Assembly: GCF_000027125.1 (NCBI RefSeq)
Contig: NC_017626.1
From: Escherichia coli 042
Lineage (GTDB): Bacteria > Pseudomonadota > Gammaproteobacteria > Enterobacterales > Enterobacteriaceae
Length of the DNA: 64,000 nucleotides
Direction: 5' to 3' (one strand)
The position numbers and the translations under genes are program-made. Positions 44,037 to 58,217 of this stretch are shown here, piece by piece. How positions within the stretch are numbered: the stretch's first letter is position 1; the number at the start of each line of letters is the position of its first letter. The notes beneath the pieces are model-generated. The model did no database searches. It was not told the origin of the DNA and saw nothing but the letters and a program-made list of their open reading frames with translations.

Positions 44037-44576
44037 GTGAATAAATCAATGTTGGCGGGTATCGGGATTGGTGTCGCAGCTGCGCTGGGCGTAGCGGCAG
44101 TGGCCAGTCTGAACGTGTTTGAACGTGGCCCGCAATACGCTCAGGTTGTTTCTGCAACCCCAATCAAGGAAACGGTTAAAACACCGCGTCAGGAGTGTCG
44201 CAACGTCACAGTGACCCATCGTCGACCGGTGCAGGATGAAAATCGCATTACCGGGTCGGTGCTCGGCGCTGTTGCTGGCGGCGTGATAGGGCATCAGTTT
44301 GGTGGTGGTCGTGGTAAAGATGTCGCCACCGTTGTGGGGGCGCTGGGTGGTGGATATGCCGGTAACCAGATCCAGGGCTCTCTCCAGGAAAGCGATACTT
44401 ACACGACTACGCAACAGCGTTGTAAAACGGTGTATGACAAGTCAGAAAAAATGCTCGGTTATGATGTGACCTATAAGATTGGCGATCAGCAGGGCAAAAT
44501 CCGCATGGACCGCGATCCGGGTACGCAGATCCCGCTAGATAGTAACGGGCAACTGATTTTGAATAACAAAGTATAA
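44037..44576 (+). CDS. ycfJ: Glycine-zipper (Rick 17 kDa antigen-like) outer membrane protein YcfJ
   Basis: GTG at 44037 with AGGAGG upstream gives 179 aa; Gly-rich GAVAGGVIGHQFGGGRGK segment. Confidence 0.8.
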   Translation: MNKSMLAGIGIGVAAALGVAAVASLNVFERGPQYAQVVSATPIKETVKTPRQECRNVTVTHRRPVQDENRITGSVLGAVAGGVIGHQFGGGRGKDVATVVGALGGGYAGNQIQGSLQESDTYTTTQQRCKTVYDKSEKMLGYDVTYKIGDQQGKIRMDRDPGTQIPLDSNGQLILNNKV

Positions 44577-44637
44577 CAAGGCTGTACTCTGCAATTTGGC
44601 CCCTCATTCGCTCAGGCTGAGGGGCTTTTTTTGCGAC

Positions 44638-45270
44638 TTATTTCAGCAGTTCCGGCCATAAACGCAAAGTCGTTCGGGCAATTTGCATCAGTTTTTCCAG
44701 CGATGCACCTTCGCGTGCGCTGATCGACATCCCCTGAATAATACAATTAAGGAATTCTGCCAGATGCGTCACGTCACAGTGGGTCGGGATTTCCCCGCGC
44801 GCTTGTCGTTGACATAAAAACTGCTGCAAAGTGCGCTCTTGCATCGCATGGCGTGATTTCAGCGTATTGGCGATATCTCCGGAATCCGGGGAGAGGGTGG
44901 TGCAGTTGTTGATCATGAAGCAGCCTGCCGGGGTGTCTTTGCTGGTAAAGCAGTTGGCGATGGCAGCAAAATAGTCAGCCAGCGCAGACTCCACGCTTTT
45001 CTCTTCACAAAACAGCTGTGCTTCATGCTTAGCGGCAAAACGATCGATATAGCGGTCGAGAACGGCGCGAAATAACCCCTCTTTGTTGGTAAATTCCGCG
45101 TATAGCGTTGGCGCTTTGGCTCCGGTCGCTTCGACGAGGTCCGCAAGAGAAGTCGCTTCATAACCGTGTTGCCAGAACAATTTCATGGCCTTATCAAGCG
45201 CGGCATCCCTGTCGAACACTTTTGGGCGGCCACGGCTTTTTTTTACACATTGTGTTGAGTCAGTTGCCAT
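44638..45270 (-). CDS. comR: TetR-family transcriptional repressor ComR (YcfQ)
   Basis: ATG at 45270 gives 210 aa MATDSTQCVKKSRGRPKVFDRDAALDKAMKLFWQHGYEATSLADL (TetR HTH). Confidence 0.85.
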   Translation of the reverse strand: MATDSTQCVKKSRGRPKVFDRDAALDKAMKLFWQHGYEATSLADLVEATGAKAPTLYAEFTNKEGLFRAVLDRYIDRFAAKHEAQLFCEEKSVESALADYFAAIANCFTSKDTPAGCFMINNCTTLSPDSGDIANTLKSRHAMQERTLQQFLCQRQARGEIPTHCDVTHLAEFLNCIIQGMSISAREGASLEKLMQIARTTLRLWPELLK

Positions 45271-45510
45271 GATGCCGTTGTACCTGGTGACTGTGAATGA
45301 AAGGTTATTATAAAAATAATCACCTCCGTTCACCAGTCCAGATCCCATAAAAATAATTGCTTTCTATTTAACTGAAATTTAAAGATTTTTAAATTAATTA
45401 ATGATTGTTATAAAAAATATCTTGTATGTGATCCAGATCACATCTATCATTTAGTTATCGATCGTTAAGTAATTGCTTGCGACGTCATTCATCTGCATAA
45501 GGCCACTATT

Positions 45511-45768
45511 ATGAAAAACGTAAAAACCCTCATCGCTGCGGCGATTTTAAGCTCAATGTCATTTGCCAGCTTTGCGGCTGTCGAAGTTCAGTCAACGCCA
45601 GAAGGCCAACAAAAAGTCGGTACTATCAGTGCTAACGCGGGGACAAATCTGGGATCGCTGGAAGAGCAGCTGGCGCAAAAAGCGGATGAGATGGGCGCAA
45701 AATCTTTCCGTATTACTTCTGTAACCGGTCCGAATACCCTCCATGGAACAGCAGTAATTTATAAATAA
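45511..45768 (+). CDS. bhsA: Multiple stress resistance protein BhsA (YcfR), DUF1471 family
   Basis: 85-aa ORF with signal peptide, recognised BhsA. Confidence 0.88.
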   Translation: MKNVKTLIAAAILSSMSFASFAAVEVQSTPEGQQKVGTISANAGTNLGSLEEQLAQKADEMGAKSFRITSVTGPNTLHGTAVIYK

Positions 45769-45850
45769 GCATTAACCCTCATTAATGCCTGCTACTGCTG
45801 ATTTTTTTCCCCGCGACATGCCGTGTCGCGGGGATTTTTTTATCCAGGAT

Positions 45851-46816
45851 TTACAAAGTTTGTGGGCTCACTTGATGACGGCGGACATCCACCGGCATCC
45901 CGGAACGGACATCCATCACATGCTGCATCACTTCAGCGTCAGTTTGCGCTGCATCTTTAAATGATTGCATTGCGCTATTCAGTGTAATTGGCAGCAGCTG
46001 CGGATCGTCATCAATCTTCTCTGACAGCGGCTGATGTACTTCAACCAGACGCGCACCGTTTGGTTCGGCAGAGACTTTAATCGGGGTGTTGATGATATTT
46101 ACTTTGGTACCTGGGGTGACCTGGCTAAAGAGTGTTTTGATATCGTCATCCCGCAGACGAATACAGCCAGAACTTACCCGCATGCCAATGCCGAAATCGG
46201 CGTTCGTACCGTGAAGCAAATAAACGCCGCCATAGGCCGCCAGACGAATCGCATGATGACCCATTGGATTATCCGGTCCTGCCGGAACTACCGCAGGCAA
46301 CTCAATTCCCTGTGCCTTATACCGCGCGCGGATGTTTGCCGTTGGCGTCCAGGTTGGGTTTGCACGCTTGTCAGAAACGGTAGTCACCATCGTTGGCGTC
46401 AGCGTGTCACCACCTAACTGACCTATGCCGATGGGATACACGGTTACCGAATTTTTACCCGGCGGGTAGTAATAGAGACGCAGCTCCGCAATGTTGATCA
46501 CAATACCTTCGCGCGGCGCGTCTGGAAGTAGGGTTTGCAACGGGATCGTTAACACGCTACCCGCGCGCGGTACGTAAGGATCAACGCCGGGGTTAGCCTG
46601 TAACAGAGCGAGAAAGCCGACGTTATATTTTTTGGCGATGGCTTCCAGAGAACCACCGTCATTTTCCACCACATGAAATTTGTTTTCACCAACCAGACGA
46701 CTGCCCGCTGGCGGCAGCGGCCAGGTGTTGGCTTTTGCCGGTAGCGCCAGCGCTACGGCAGCGGCGAACGTAAAAAACGTTAGCCAGCGAGAAAAACGCG
46801 TTTTGATCATCACCAA
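45851..46816 (-). CDS. ldtC: L,D-transpeptidase LdtC (YcfS)
   Basis: About 320-aa ORF with LysM and YkuD domains (catalytic SSGCIRL). Confidence 0.88.
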   Translation of the reverse strand: MVMIKTRFSRWLTFFTFAAAVALALPAKANTWPLPPAGSRLVGENKFHVVENDGGSLEAIAKKYNVGFLALLQANPGVDPYVPRAGSVLTIPLQTLLPDAPREGIVINIAELRLYYYPPGKNSVTVYPIGIGQLGGDTLTPTMVTTVSDKRANPTWTPTANIRARYKAQGIELPAVVPAGPDNPMGHHAIRLAAYGGVYLLHGTNADFGIGMRVSSGCIRLRDDDIKTLFSQVTPGTKVNIINTPIKVSAEPNGARLVEVHQPLSEKIDDDPQLLPITLNSAMQSFKDAAQTDAEVMQHVMDVRSGMPVDVRRHQVSPQTL

Positions 46817-46956
46817 AAATCCATAATAAATATAAGGTTATTGTAATAAACAGATAAGCCTGAATTATGGATGGTGACAGTGTCGGATAGTGCAGGGAAG
46901 TGCAAAGAATTTGTAAATGTTGCAGATGGGGGCGCAGAAACGCCCCCGATTTACCA

Positions 46957-49900
46957 TTAAGCGATGGCGTTCTCTTCCAGTTCACGCATAAACTGGCGTA
47001 CCCATTCGATACGCGTTTTCCGCTCACTCAAATCCTGAATAAACTTCAGGCGCGTCGGACCATCAAGGCGGTAATGCTGCGGCTGTTTTTGCAGCAAACC
47101 AATCAACCAGGCCGGATTAACGTGATTCTTCTCGGCAAATTCGATCACGCCGCCTTTCTCATTACCTTCCAGCTTCCTGATCCCCAGTTTCTGCGCTTGC
47201 TGGCGCAGACGGGCAATATCCAGCAGGGTACGCGCCGGATCCGGCAGCAGGCCGAAGCGATCGATAAGCTCAACTTTGATCTCTTCCAGTTCGTTTTCCG
47301 TTTTGGCGCTGGCAATACGTTTATAGAACGACAAACGCGTATTCACGTCAGGAATGAAATCATCCGGCAATAGCGACGGCATCCGCAGCTCGACTTCTGT
47401 TTGCTGGCTGGTGAGATCTTCCAGCGACGGCTCGCGTCCGGCTTTCAGTGCATCGACGGCGTTTTCCAGCAACTCCATATACAGCGAGAAACCGATGGTT
47501 TCCATTGAGCCGCTTTGTTCTTCGCCAAGCAGTTCACCCGCGCCGCGAATCTCCAGATCGTGCGTTGCCAGCGCAAAACCTGCCCCGAGATCTTCCAGCG
47601 AGGCAATCGCTTCAAGACGTTTTTGCGCATCGGTAGTCATCGCTTTTGGATGCGGCGTCAGCAGCCATGCATATGCCTGATGATGCGAACGTCCGACGCG
47701 ACCGCGCAACTGGTGCAGCTGCGCCAGACCGAAGTGATCCGCCCGTTCAATGATAATGGTGTTGGCTGTCGGGATGTCGATCCCGGTTTCGATAATGGTG
47801 GTACAAACCAGCACGTTGAAACGTTGATGATGGAAATCATTCATCACCCGTTCCAGTTCGCGCTCGCGCATCTGCCCGTGACCGATGGCGATCCGCGCTT
47901 CTGGCACCAGTTCTGCCAGCCGTTCGGCGGCTTTCTGGATGTTTTCCACATCATTGTAAAGATAATAAACCTGCCCCCCGCGCAAAATTTCACGCAGGAT
48001 CGCCTCCCTGACCACCAGGCTGTCATACTCACGGACAAAGGTTTTAACTGCCAGACGACGGGCGGGCGGCGTGGCGATAATCGACAGGTCACGCATTCCG
48101 CTCATTGCCATATTCAGCGTACGTGGGATCGGCGTAGCGGTAAGCGTCAGAATATCCACGTTCGCGCGCATCGCTTTAATGCGCTCTTTATGACGCACCC
48201 CGAAGCGGTGTTCTTCATCGACAATCAGCAGGCCTAAATCTTTAAACTTGACGTCACTTTGCAGCAGTTTGTGCGTACCGATCAGAATATCGATTTTCCC
48301 TTCCGCCACTTCCGCAAGGATTTGCGTCTGCTCTTTGGCGCTGCGGAAACGGGAGATCATTTCGATACGTACCGGCCAGTTGGCGAAACGGTCGCGGAAG
48401 TTGTCGTAATGCTGCTGCGCGAGAAGGGTGGTAGGCACCAGCACCGCCACCTGCTTGTGGTTATCTACTGCCAGGAAAGCGGCGCGCATCGCCACTTCTG
48501 TTTTACCAAAGCCAACATCGCCGCACACCAGACGATCCATTGCCAGCGGCTGACACATGTCGCTAAGTACCGCATTAATGGCCTGTGCCTGATCCGGCGT
48601 GGTTTCAAACGGGAAGCTGTCGCAGAACAACTGATACTGCTCACGATCGTGTTTAAACGCGAAGCCCTCTTTTGCGGCGCGTTGCGCGTAGATATCCAGC
48701 AATTCTGCTGCCACATCACGCACTTTTTCCGCCGCTTTCTGCCGCGCGCGTGACCACGCATCGCCGCCAAGTTTATGCAGCGGGGCGTTTTCTTCCGCGC
48801 CACCCGCGTAACGGCTAATCAGATGCAGTGACGACACCGGAACATACAGTTTGGCGTCGTTGGCATAGGTGAGCATCAAATACTCGCCAGTAATGCCTCC
48901 AGCTTCGAGCGTGGTCATTCCGGCATAACGACCGACACCGTGCTCCAGATGGACCACCGGCTGACCAATATGCAGCTCCGCAAGGTTACGGATCAGTGTA
49001 TCGGGGTTGATGGCGCGGCGAGAATCCTGACGACGACGGGCAACGCGTTCACCGAGCAGATCGCTTTCGCAAATCAGCGCCAGGTTACGTACCGTATCGA
49101 CAAAACCATGTTCGGCAGCGCCAATCATCAAATAACGCCCACGGTCGCTGGCTTCATCAAGACGCATAATGCGTTGCGGAGCAATTTTAATTCGCGCGAG
49201 CAGTTCACCCAGCGCTTCACGGCGACCTTCACTTTCTACCGAGAACACCACCGGACCGTCGAAAGTCTCGAGGAACTTACGTAGCGCATCCAGCGGCGCT
49301 TTTTGTTGTGCCTGAACGGCCAGGTCTGGCAGTTTCTGGAAACCTAAATTGGCATTCGCGGCTTTTGTCGGTAAATGTTCAGTTTTTAGCTGCACACGCG
49401 GCCAGTTTTTCAGCTCTGAAAAGAGCTCGTCTACCCGCAGCCAGAGCGATTGTGGTGGCAACAGTGGACGCATCGGATCGACGCCGCGATTCTCAAAACG
49501 CGCCAGCGTGTCAGCCTGGAAACGTTCGGCACTGTTTTCCAGATCGCCAGTATTCACCAGCAAGGTATTGGCAGGGAAATAACTGAACAGCGGCGGCAGT
49601 GGTTCGCTGAAGAACAATGGCTGCCAGTACTCGATCCCGGCAGGTAATGTGCCTTTACTCACTTGCTGATAAATATGTTCCGGGTCGCGCTTCACTTCGA
49701 AGGTATCACGCCACTGGCTGCGGAACAGTTCAATTGCCGCTTTATCGGTCGGAAATTCGTGCGCGGGCAGCAGATTGATCTCTTCTACTTCCTCCAGCGT
49801 GCGCTGGCTATCGACGTCAAACACCCGCAGGCTGTCGATTTCATCATCAAAGAAATCAAGACGATAAGGCAGCTCACTCCCCATCGGGAAGAGATCCAGC

Positions 49901-50403
49901 AACGCGCCGCGCGTGGCGTATTCGCCGTGCTCCATCACCTGGTCAACATGGCGATAACCGGCGCTGTCCAGTTGGGTTCGTAATGCATCTCGTGACAGGC
50001 GCTGACCTTTTTTCATCACCAGCGCATGACCGTGGAGAAAACTGTGCGGGCAAACGCGCTGCATAAGCGTATTCACCGGAACAATCAGTACGCCACGCTG
50101 CATCGTCGGTAGCTGGTAAAGGGTGGAAAGGCGCGAGGAGATAATGTCCTGATGAGGCGAAAAACTGTCGTAGGGAAGAGTTTCCCAGTCCGCCAGATTC
50201 ATCACCATTTGATCGGTAAACTGGCTGATTTCATCATGCAAACGCAGAGCATTTTGCATATCTGGTGCAATGAGTACCACCGGACCGGCGTGACGTTCGG
50301 CAATTTCCGCTACCAGCGTCGCGCAGGCAGCGCCGGTTAACTCGCCCAGCAGACGCTGCTCACCCGCTTTGACGGGCAGCGTATAACGATATTGTTCAGG
50401 CAT
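46957..50403 (-). CDS. mfd: Transcription-repair coupling factor Mfd
   Basis: ATG at 50403 gives 1148 aa MPEQYRYTLPVKAGEQRLLGELTGAACATL; helicase motifs (GDVGFGKTE, DEEH). Confidence 0.95.
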   Translation of the reverse strand: MPEQYRYTLPVKAGEQRLLGELTGAACATLVAEIAERHAGPVVLIAPDMQNALRLHDEISQFTDQMVMNLADWETLPYDSFSPHQDIISSRLSTLYQLPTMQRGVLIVPVNTLMQRVCPHSFLHGHALVMKKGQRLSRDALRTQLDSAGYRHVDQVMEHGEYATRGALLDLFPMGSELPYRLDFFDDEIDSLRVFDVDSQRTLEEVEEINLLPAHEFPTDKAAIELFRSQWRDTFEVKRDPEHIYQQVSKGTLPAGIEYWQPLFFSEPLPPLFSYFPANTLLVNTGDLENSAERFQADTLARFENRGVDPMRPLLPPQSLWLRVDELFSELKNWPRVQLKTEHLPTKAANANLGFQKLPDLAVQAQQKAPLDALRKFLETFDGPVVFSVESEGRREALGELLARIKIAPQRIMRLDEASDRGRYLMIGAAEHGFVDTVRNLALICESDLLGERVARRRQDSRRAINPDTLIRNLAELHIGQPVVHLEHGVGRYAGMTTLEAGGITGEYLMLTYANDAKLYVPVSSLHLISRYAGGAEENAPLHKLGGDAWSRARQKAAEKVRDVAAELLDIYAQRAAKEGFAFKHDREQYQLFCDSFPFETTPDQAQAINAVLSDMCQPLAMDRLVCGDVGFGKTEVAMRAAFLAVDNHKQVAVLVPTTLLAQQHYDNFRDRFANWPVRIEMISRFRSAKEQTQILAEVAEGKIDILIGTHKLLQSDVKFKDLGLLIVDEEHRFGVRHKERIKAMRANVDILTLTATPIPRTLNMAMSGMRDLSIIATPPARRLAVKTFVREYDSLVVREAILREILRGGQVYYLYNDVENIQKAAERLAELVPEARIAIGHGQMRERELERVMNDFHHQRFNVLVCTTIIETGIDIPTANTIIIERADHFGLAQLHQLRGRVGRSHHQAYAWLLTPHPKAMTTDAQKRLEAIASLEDLGAGFALATHDLEIRGAGELLGEEQSGSMETIGFSLYMELLENAVDALKAGREPSLEDLTSQQTEVELRMPSLLPDDFIPDVNTRLSFYKRIASAKTENELEEIKVELIDRFGLLPDPARTLLDIARLRQQAQKLGIRKLEGNEKGGVIEFAEKNHVNPAWLIGLLQKQPQHYRLDGPTRLKFIQDLSERKTRIEWVRQFMRELEENAIA

Positions 50404-50530
50404 AACGGTTGTCAGATTCTCGTTAGGATATGCCTCAACATATGGGGGCATATCTCTGATAAGCAATGCTGTTCATTATCCGTAATCGACATGGTTTAGC
50501 AAATTGAATCGCCCCGGCTGGGGCGATGGC

Positions 50531-51604
50531 TTAGCGGGAGTAACTGACGGCAGCGGGCAGTGAAGGCGGGGAGAACAACAGATCGCTGAATGCACGCTGT
50601 GAAAGTTTTCTTACCAGCAAGCCCGCAACAGTACAGATGAACAAACTGACAAAGGGATAAACCAGCAGGAGTGTCAGTTCGACTTGCGGCGACCAGTGTG
50701 CCGCGTTCATTTGCGGAATCAGGCTTAAGCTGAATATTTCTACCAGAATGCGATGGGTGGTGTAGATAGCAATGGTGTTGGAGCCAATCACATTCAGCAG
50801 GCTGGTGGAGCGCATACCGAAACGTTGCTCGTACTGATAAAACAGTTTCATGATCACCACAATCGATACCAGCGACAACAGCAGCGAGATAGTAAACAAC
50901 CAGGCACCGACCGCCAGAACGGTCAGCAAAGAAGCCATCAGCAGATGGCGGCGCAACGGCACCTCTTTAACGTAGGTCATTAATGTTGCGCCAAACCATG
51001 CGCCAAGGCTGTAATAAGGCAAATTGCGGATCACACTGTTCATTCCCCACCACGGCGTGGGAACGAAATTAACCGCCACACTCAGCAGTACAAACAAGGC
51101 GAATAGTGGCAGCGCCAGACGGCTAAAAATTTTACATACCACGAAATAGACAATTAACGCATACAGATACCACAAGCTGGTGCTGGCGGTGATCATCCCG
51201 TGCAGGAACTCACCGGTGGAATCGGCATACGCGGCATTGGAGGCATTGCTTAAATCGCGCTCAGGTGCCAGCCACTGGTTCAGCGCACTTAACGCCAGCC
51301 ACTGCACCACGCCCCAAAGCGCCAGCACCCAGAAGATGTTCCAGATCCGTTTATCGAGACAATTTCCCCAGGGTACGCTGTCGATATAGCGGCGAATCAA
51401 ATAGCCGGATATAAAGAAAAAAACCGGCATACGAAAGGGTGCAAGGTAAAGATTGAAATAGATCCAGCATTTGCTCAGGACTTCCGATAACGGATGCTGG
51501 AAAGTGGTCAGATGCGGATAAAAGGTAATAACCGAGTGATAAATCACCACCAGACAAATACATAACCCTTTGATCTGGTTAATCCATAGCTCTTTTTGTT
51601 TCAT
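50531..51604 (-). CDS. ycfT: Inner membrane acyltransferase-3 family protein YcfT
   Basis: 357-aa polytopic membrane ORF, recognised YcfT. Confidence 0.85.
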   Translation of the reverse strand: MKQKELWINQIKGLCICLVVIYHSVITFYPHLTTFQHPLSEVLSKCWIYFNLYLAPFRMPVFFFISGYLIRRYIDSVPWGNCLDKRIWNIFWVLALWGVVQWLALSALNQWLAPERDLSNASNAAYADSTGEFLHGMITASTSLWYLYALIVYFVVCKIFSRLALPLFALFVLLSVAVNFVPTPWWGMNSVIRNLPYYSLGAWFGATLMTYVKEVPLRRHLLMASLLTVLAVGAWLFTISLLLSLVSIVVIMKLFYQYEQRFGMRSTSLLNVIGSNTIAIYTTHRILVEIFSLSLIPQMNAAHWSPQVELTLLLVYPFVSLFICTVAGLLVRKLSQRAFSDLLFSPPSLPAAVSYSR

Positions 51605-51753
51605 CAGGACAACACGCTCTTTTTATTTAACATGCTGTTGATCCTGAGGGGCCAGTCGCGTGGTGTAATGCGTATCTGTCTGTATTTGGTTATTTTTCAG
51701 ATAAAGATCAGGCCATAAGGCCAATGAGAAAATGAGGCCCTTTAGTCGATTGA

Positions 51754-55002
<3,249 letters not shown>

Positions 55003-55030
55003 AGGCAGTACATTAAAACAAGGAGCGGCA

Positions 55031-55942
55031 ATGTATTACGGGTTTGATATTGGTGGAACAAAAATTGCGCTTGGCGTGTTTGATAGCGGTCGGCAGTTGC
55101 AGTGGGAAAAGCGGGTGCCGACACCGCGTGACAGCTATGACGCATTTTTAGATGCAGTGTGCGAGCTGGTGGCTGAAGCCGATAAGCGTTTTGGCTGTAA
55201 AGGTTCTGTCGGCATCGGTATTCCGGGAATGCCGGAAACAGAAGATGGTACGCTGTATGCCGCCAATGTCCCCGCTGCCAGCGGTAAACCGCTGCGTGCC
55301 GACCTGAGCGCACGTCTTGATCGCGATGTCCGCCTTGATAACGATGCCAACTGTTTTGCCCTTTCAGAAGCCTGGGATGATGAATTTACTCAATATCCAC
55401 TAGTGATGGGGTTGATTCTCGGCACCGGCGTTGGCGGCGGGCTGATTTTCAACGGTAAACCAATTACCGGTAAAAGCTATATTACCGGCGAGTTTGGCCA
55501 TATGCGTCTGCCGGTTGATGCGTTAACCATGATGGGGCTGGATTTCCCGTTACGCCGCTGCGGCTGTGGTCAGCATGGCTGCATTGAAAATTATCTGTCT
55601 GGTCGCGGTTTTGCGTGGCTGTATCAACACTATTATCATCAACCGTTGCAGGCTCCCGAAATTATTGTGCTTTATGATCAAGGTGATGAGCAGGCAAGGG
55701 CGCACGTTGAGCGTTATCTGGATTTATTAGCGGTTTGTCTGGGAAATATCCTGACCATTGTTGACCCTGACCTGGTCGTCATTGGTGGTGGCTTATCGAA
55801 TTTCCCGGCAATCACAACGCAACTGGCGGACAGGCTGCCTCGTCATCTCTTACCTGTAGCTCGTGTTCCGCGCATTGAACGCGCGCGCCACGGTGATGCG
55901 GGAGGAATGCGTGGTGCGGCCTTCCTACATCTAACCGATTAA
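55031..55942 (+). CDS. nagK: N-acetyl-D-glucosamine kinase NagK
   Basis: ATG at 55031 gives 303 aa [18 protein letters not shown] (ROK family). Confidence 0.9.
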   Translation: MYYGFDIGGTKIALGVFDSGRQLQWEKRVPTPRDSYDAFLDAVCELVAEADKRFGCKGSVGIGIPGMPETEDGTLYAANVPAASGKPLRADLSARLDRDVRLDNDANCFALSEAWDDEFTQYPLVMGLILGTGVGGGLIFNGKPITGKSYITGEFGHMRLPVDALTMMGLDFPLRRCGCGQHGCIENYLSGRGFAWLYQHYYHQPLQAPEIIVLYDQGDEQARAHVERYLDLLAVCLGNILTIVDPDLVVIGGGLSNFPAITTQLADRLPRHLLPVARVPRIERARHGDAGGMRGAAFLHLTD

Positions 55943-55957
55943 ACAACAGAGGTTGCT

Positions 55958-56779
55958 ATGCTGTCGCGTCGGGGTCATCGGTTAAGTCGTTTTCGTAAAA
56001 ATAAACGCCGTCTGCGCGAGCGTTTGCGTCAGCGTATTTTTTTCAGAGATAAAGTGGTGCCGGAAGCAATGGAAAAACCAAGAGTACTCGTACTGACAGG
56101 GGCAGGTATTTCTGCGGAATCAGGTATTCGTACCTTTCGCGCCGCAGATGGCCTGTGGGAAGAACATCGGGTTGAAGATGTGGCAACGCCGGAAGGTTTC
56201 GATCGCGATCCTGAACTGGTGCAAGCGTTTTATAACGCCCGTCGCCGACAGCTGCAGCAGCCAGAAATTCAGCCTAACGCCGCGCATCTTGCGCTGGCTA
56301 AACTGCAAGACGCCCTCGGCGATCGCTTTTTGCTGGTAACGCAGAATATAGACAACCTGCATGAACGCGCAGGTAATACCAATGTCATTCATATGCATGG
56401 GGAACTGCTAAAAGTTCGTTGTTCGCAAAGTGGTCAGGTTCTCGACTGGACCGAAGACGTTACGCCAGAAGATAAATGCCATTGTTGCCAGTTCCCGGCA
56501 CCCTTGCGCCCGCACGTCGTTTGGTTTGGCGAAATGCCACTCGGCATGGATGAAATTTATATGGCGTTGTCAATGGCCGATATTTTCATTGCCATTGGTA
56601 CATCAGGGCATGTTTATCCGGCGGCTGGGTTTGTTCACGAAGCGAAACTGCATGGCGCACACACCGTGGAACTGAATCTTGAACCAAGCCAGGTCGGTAA
56701 TGAATTTGCCGAGAAATATTACGGCCCGGCAAGCCAGGTGGTGCCAGAGTTTGTTGAAAAGTTGCTGAAGGGCTTATAA
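55958..56779 (+). CDS. cobB: NAD-dependent protein deacylase CobB (sirtuin), long isoform
   Basis: 273-aa ORF; Arg-rich 37-aa N-terminal extension followed by internal Met ([20 protein letters not shown]) that would give the short isoform. Confidence 0.9.
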   Translation: MLSRRGHRLSRFRKNKRRLRERLRQRIFFRDKVVPEAMEKPRVLVLTGAGISAESGIRTFRAADGLWEEHRVEDVATPEGFDRDPELVQAFYNARRRQLQQPEIQPNAAHLALAKLQDALGDRFLLVTQNIDNLHERAGNTNVIHMHGELLKVRCSQSGQVLDWTEDVTPEDKCHCCQFPAPLRPHVVWFGEMPLGMDEIYMALSMADIFIAIGTSGHVYPAAGFVHEAKLHGAHTVELNLEPSQVGNEFAEKYYGPASQVVPEFVEKLLKGL

Positions 56780-56905
56780 AGCAGGAAGCATTGCCTGATG
56801 CGCTACGCTTATCAGGCCTACAAGGGGACGCAATTAATTGAATTTGCGGGTTTTGTGGGCCAGATAAGGCGTTCGCGCCGCATCCGGCATAATAGACGCA
56901 CACTT
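56780..56905. repeat. REP / BIME cluster downstream of cobB
   Basis: GCCTGATGCGCTACGCTTATCAGGCC and GGCGTTCGCGCCGCATCCGGC palindromic units. Confidence 0.5.
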
Positions 56906-56916
56906 TACTGCCTCTT

Positions 56917-57702
56917 TTACCGTTTACTCGTCAATAACAACGCGGCAATAAACGTACAGACACCAATCAGCCCTGCCCAGAGCGGCGATATTCTGGTAAT
57001 CGCAAAGCTATTATCGATGTACAAACATAAAGCCTGATAACCCATATTGGCAATAGTCATCGCCACTGCAAACTTTAATGCATAATTAAGGCGCGTCGTG
57101 TAGTAAAAAAATGCAGTAAAGAAGATGAATGCAACTGCCCAGGCAAAAAGACCTAATATCGTGGTACTGCCGGGAGGATCATTCTCCTGCTGTTGTCCGG
57201 GATGCGGATAATATGTCAGTGGCGGCGTCGGTTGTTTTAATATCTGTGCTTGTAAAACAGCCAATGCATTATTGATTCCCTGATACCAGAGGTCCGCATG
57301 TAAATAAGCATGAGTGTGATTTTCTACCAGAAGGCCGAGATGTTTATCGTCCAGACCGCTTTCAACCTGGCCGTTGGTTATCATAATTAACCGTGGCTCG
57401 CGGGTGGTAAAAAGTAACAGGACGCTGCCTTTTACATCACTCAATGAAGATGACGCATGCGCCAGCATCGCTTTGCCATTTTGCCTGAAGCTTGCTTCAT
57501 TAACGTCAGGTACAACCACGATAAACGGCGCAATCCCGGTTTGGTGACGAAAAAGCTCCGCTTTCCGCGCAATCTCCTCAGCATCCGGTACAGTACCTGT
57601 AACATCCGTAAAAAGTGTCTTCATTATTGGGATTAAGGGCTTACTGGTTGCTGTCAGAGGCAGCAGTATCAGTAAACTGAGCAGTATTATGATTTTTTTC
57701 AT
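56917..57702 (-). CDS. ycfZ: Inner membrane protein YcfZ (uncharacterised)
   Basis: 261-aa ORF with signal peptide and C-terminal transmembrane segments; 4-nt overlap with ymfA upstream. Confidence 0.8.
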   Translation of the reverse strand: MKKIIILLSLLILLPLTATSKPLIPIMKTLFTDVTGTVPDAEEIARKAELFRHQTGIAPFIVVVPDVNEASFRQNGKAMLAHASSSLSDVKGSVLLLFTTREPRLIMITNGQVESGLDDKHLGLLVENHTHAYLHADLWYQGINNALAVLQAQILKQPTPPLTYYPHPGQQQENDPPGSTTILGLFAWAVAFIFFTAFFYYTTRLNYALKFAVAMTIANMGYQALCLYIDNSFAITRISPLWAGLIGVCTFIAALLLTSKR

Positions 57703-58160
57703 GGACGGGACTTCCGTTTCTTGCGTGACTTTTTAGAGGAGGGCATACTGATTAATAAACCGACGGCGATAAAAATAACGCCCATAATGCCGATAAACCC
57801 CCATTTAAAAAAATTAACCCACGGGTTATTTATCTCAGCCTTTTCAGGATGCCCTGGAGAATAATAAACATTAACTTTATCGCCTTCGCTGTCTTCATAA
57901 AAATCGCTGCCGATACTCGAATTGAAAATTAGCGTGTAATCAGGCGTCGGTCGAAAGGCAACGACGGGATACCACGAACCATTTTTACCCGTGCGATGAG
58001 AATGACTGGAGTGCCAGACGGTATCAACAATGACGCCTTCAGTATGAATCGCGTCTTTGCTATAGGTGAACTGGTTATAAAAGATAACAACAGAAATGAG
58101 GATCAGTACCAGACCGATACCGAGGAATATACGAAAGAAAACTTTACTGTCCTGACTCAT
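57699..58160 (-). CDS. ymfA: Inner membrane protein YmfA (DUF3592, uncharacterised)
   Basis: ATG at 58160 gives 153 aa [19 protein letters not shown]; the track ORF starts earlier at a GTG at 58202. Confidence 0.75.
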   Translation of the reverse strand: MSQDSKVFFRIFLGIGLVLILISVVIFYNQFTYSKDAIHTEGVIVDTVWHSSHSHRTGKNGSWYPVVAFRPTPDYTLIFNSSIGSDFYEDSEGDKVNVYYSPGHPEKAEINNPWVNFFKWGFIGIMGVIFIAVGLLISMPSSKKSRKKRKSRP

Positions 58161-58217
58161 TAGCCACATCCTTGCTAAATAAAAAACGGGCGGTAATACC
58201 ACCGCCCGCTTGCTGAA

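Noticed and set aside
47515-48237. 240-aa plus-strand ORF (and others) antisense to mfd
   Set aside because: Embedded in mfd on the opposite strand; no recognisable domains.
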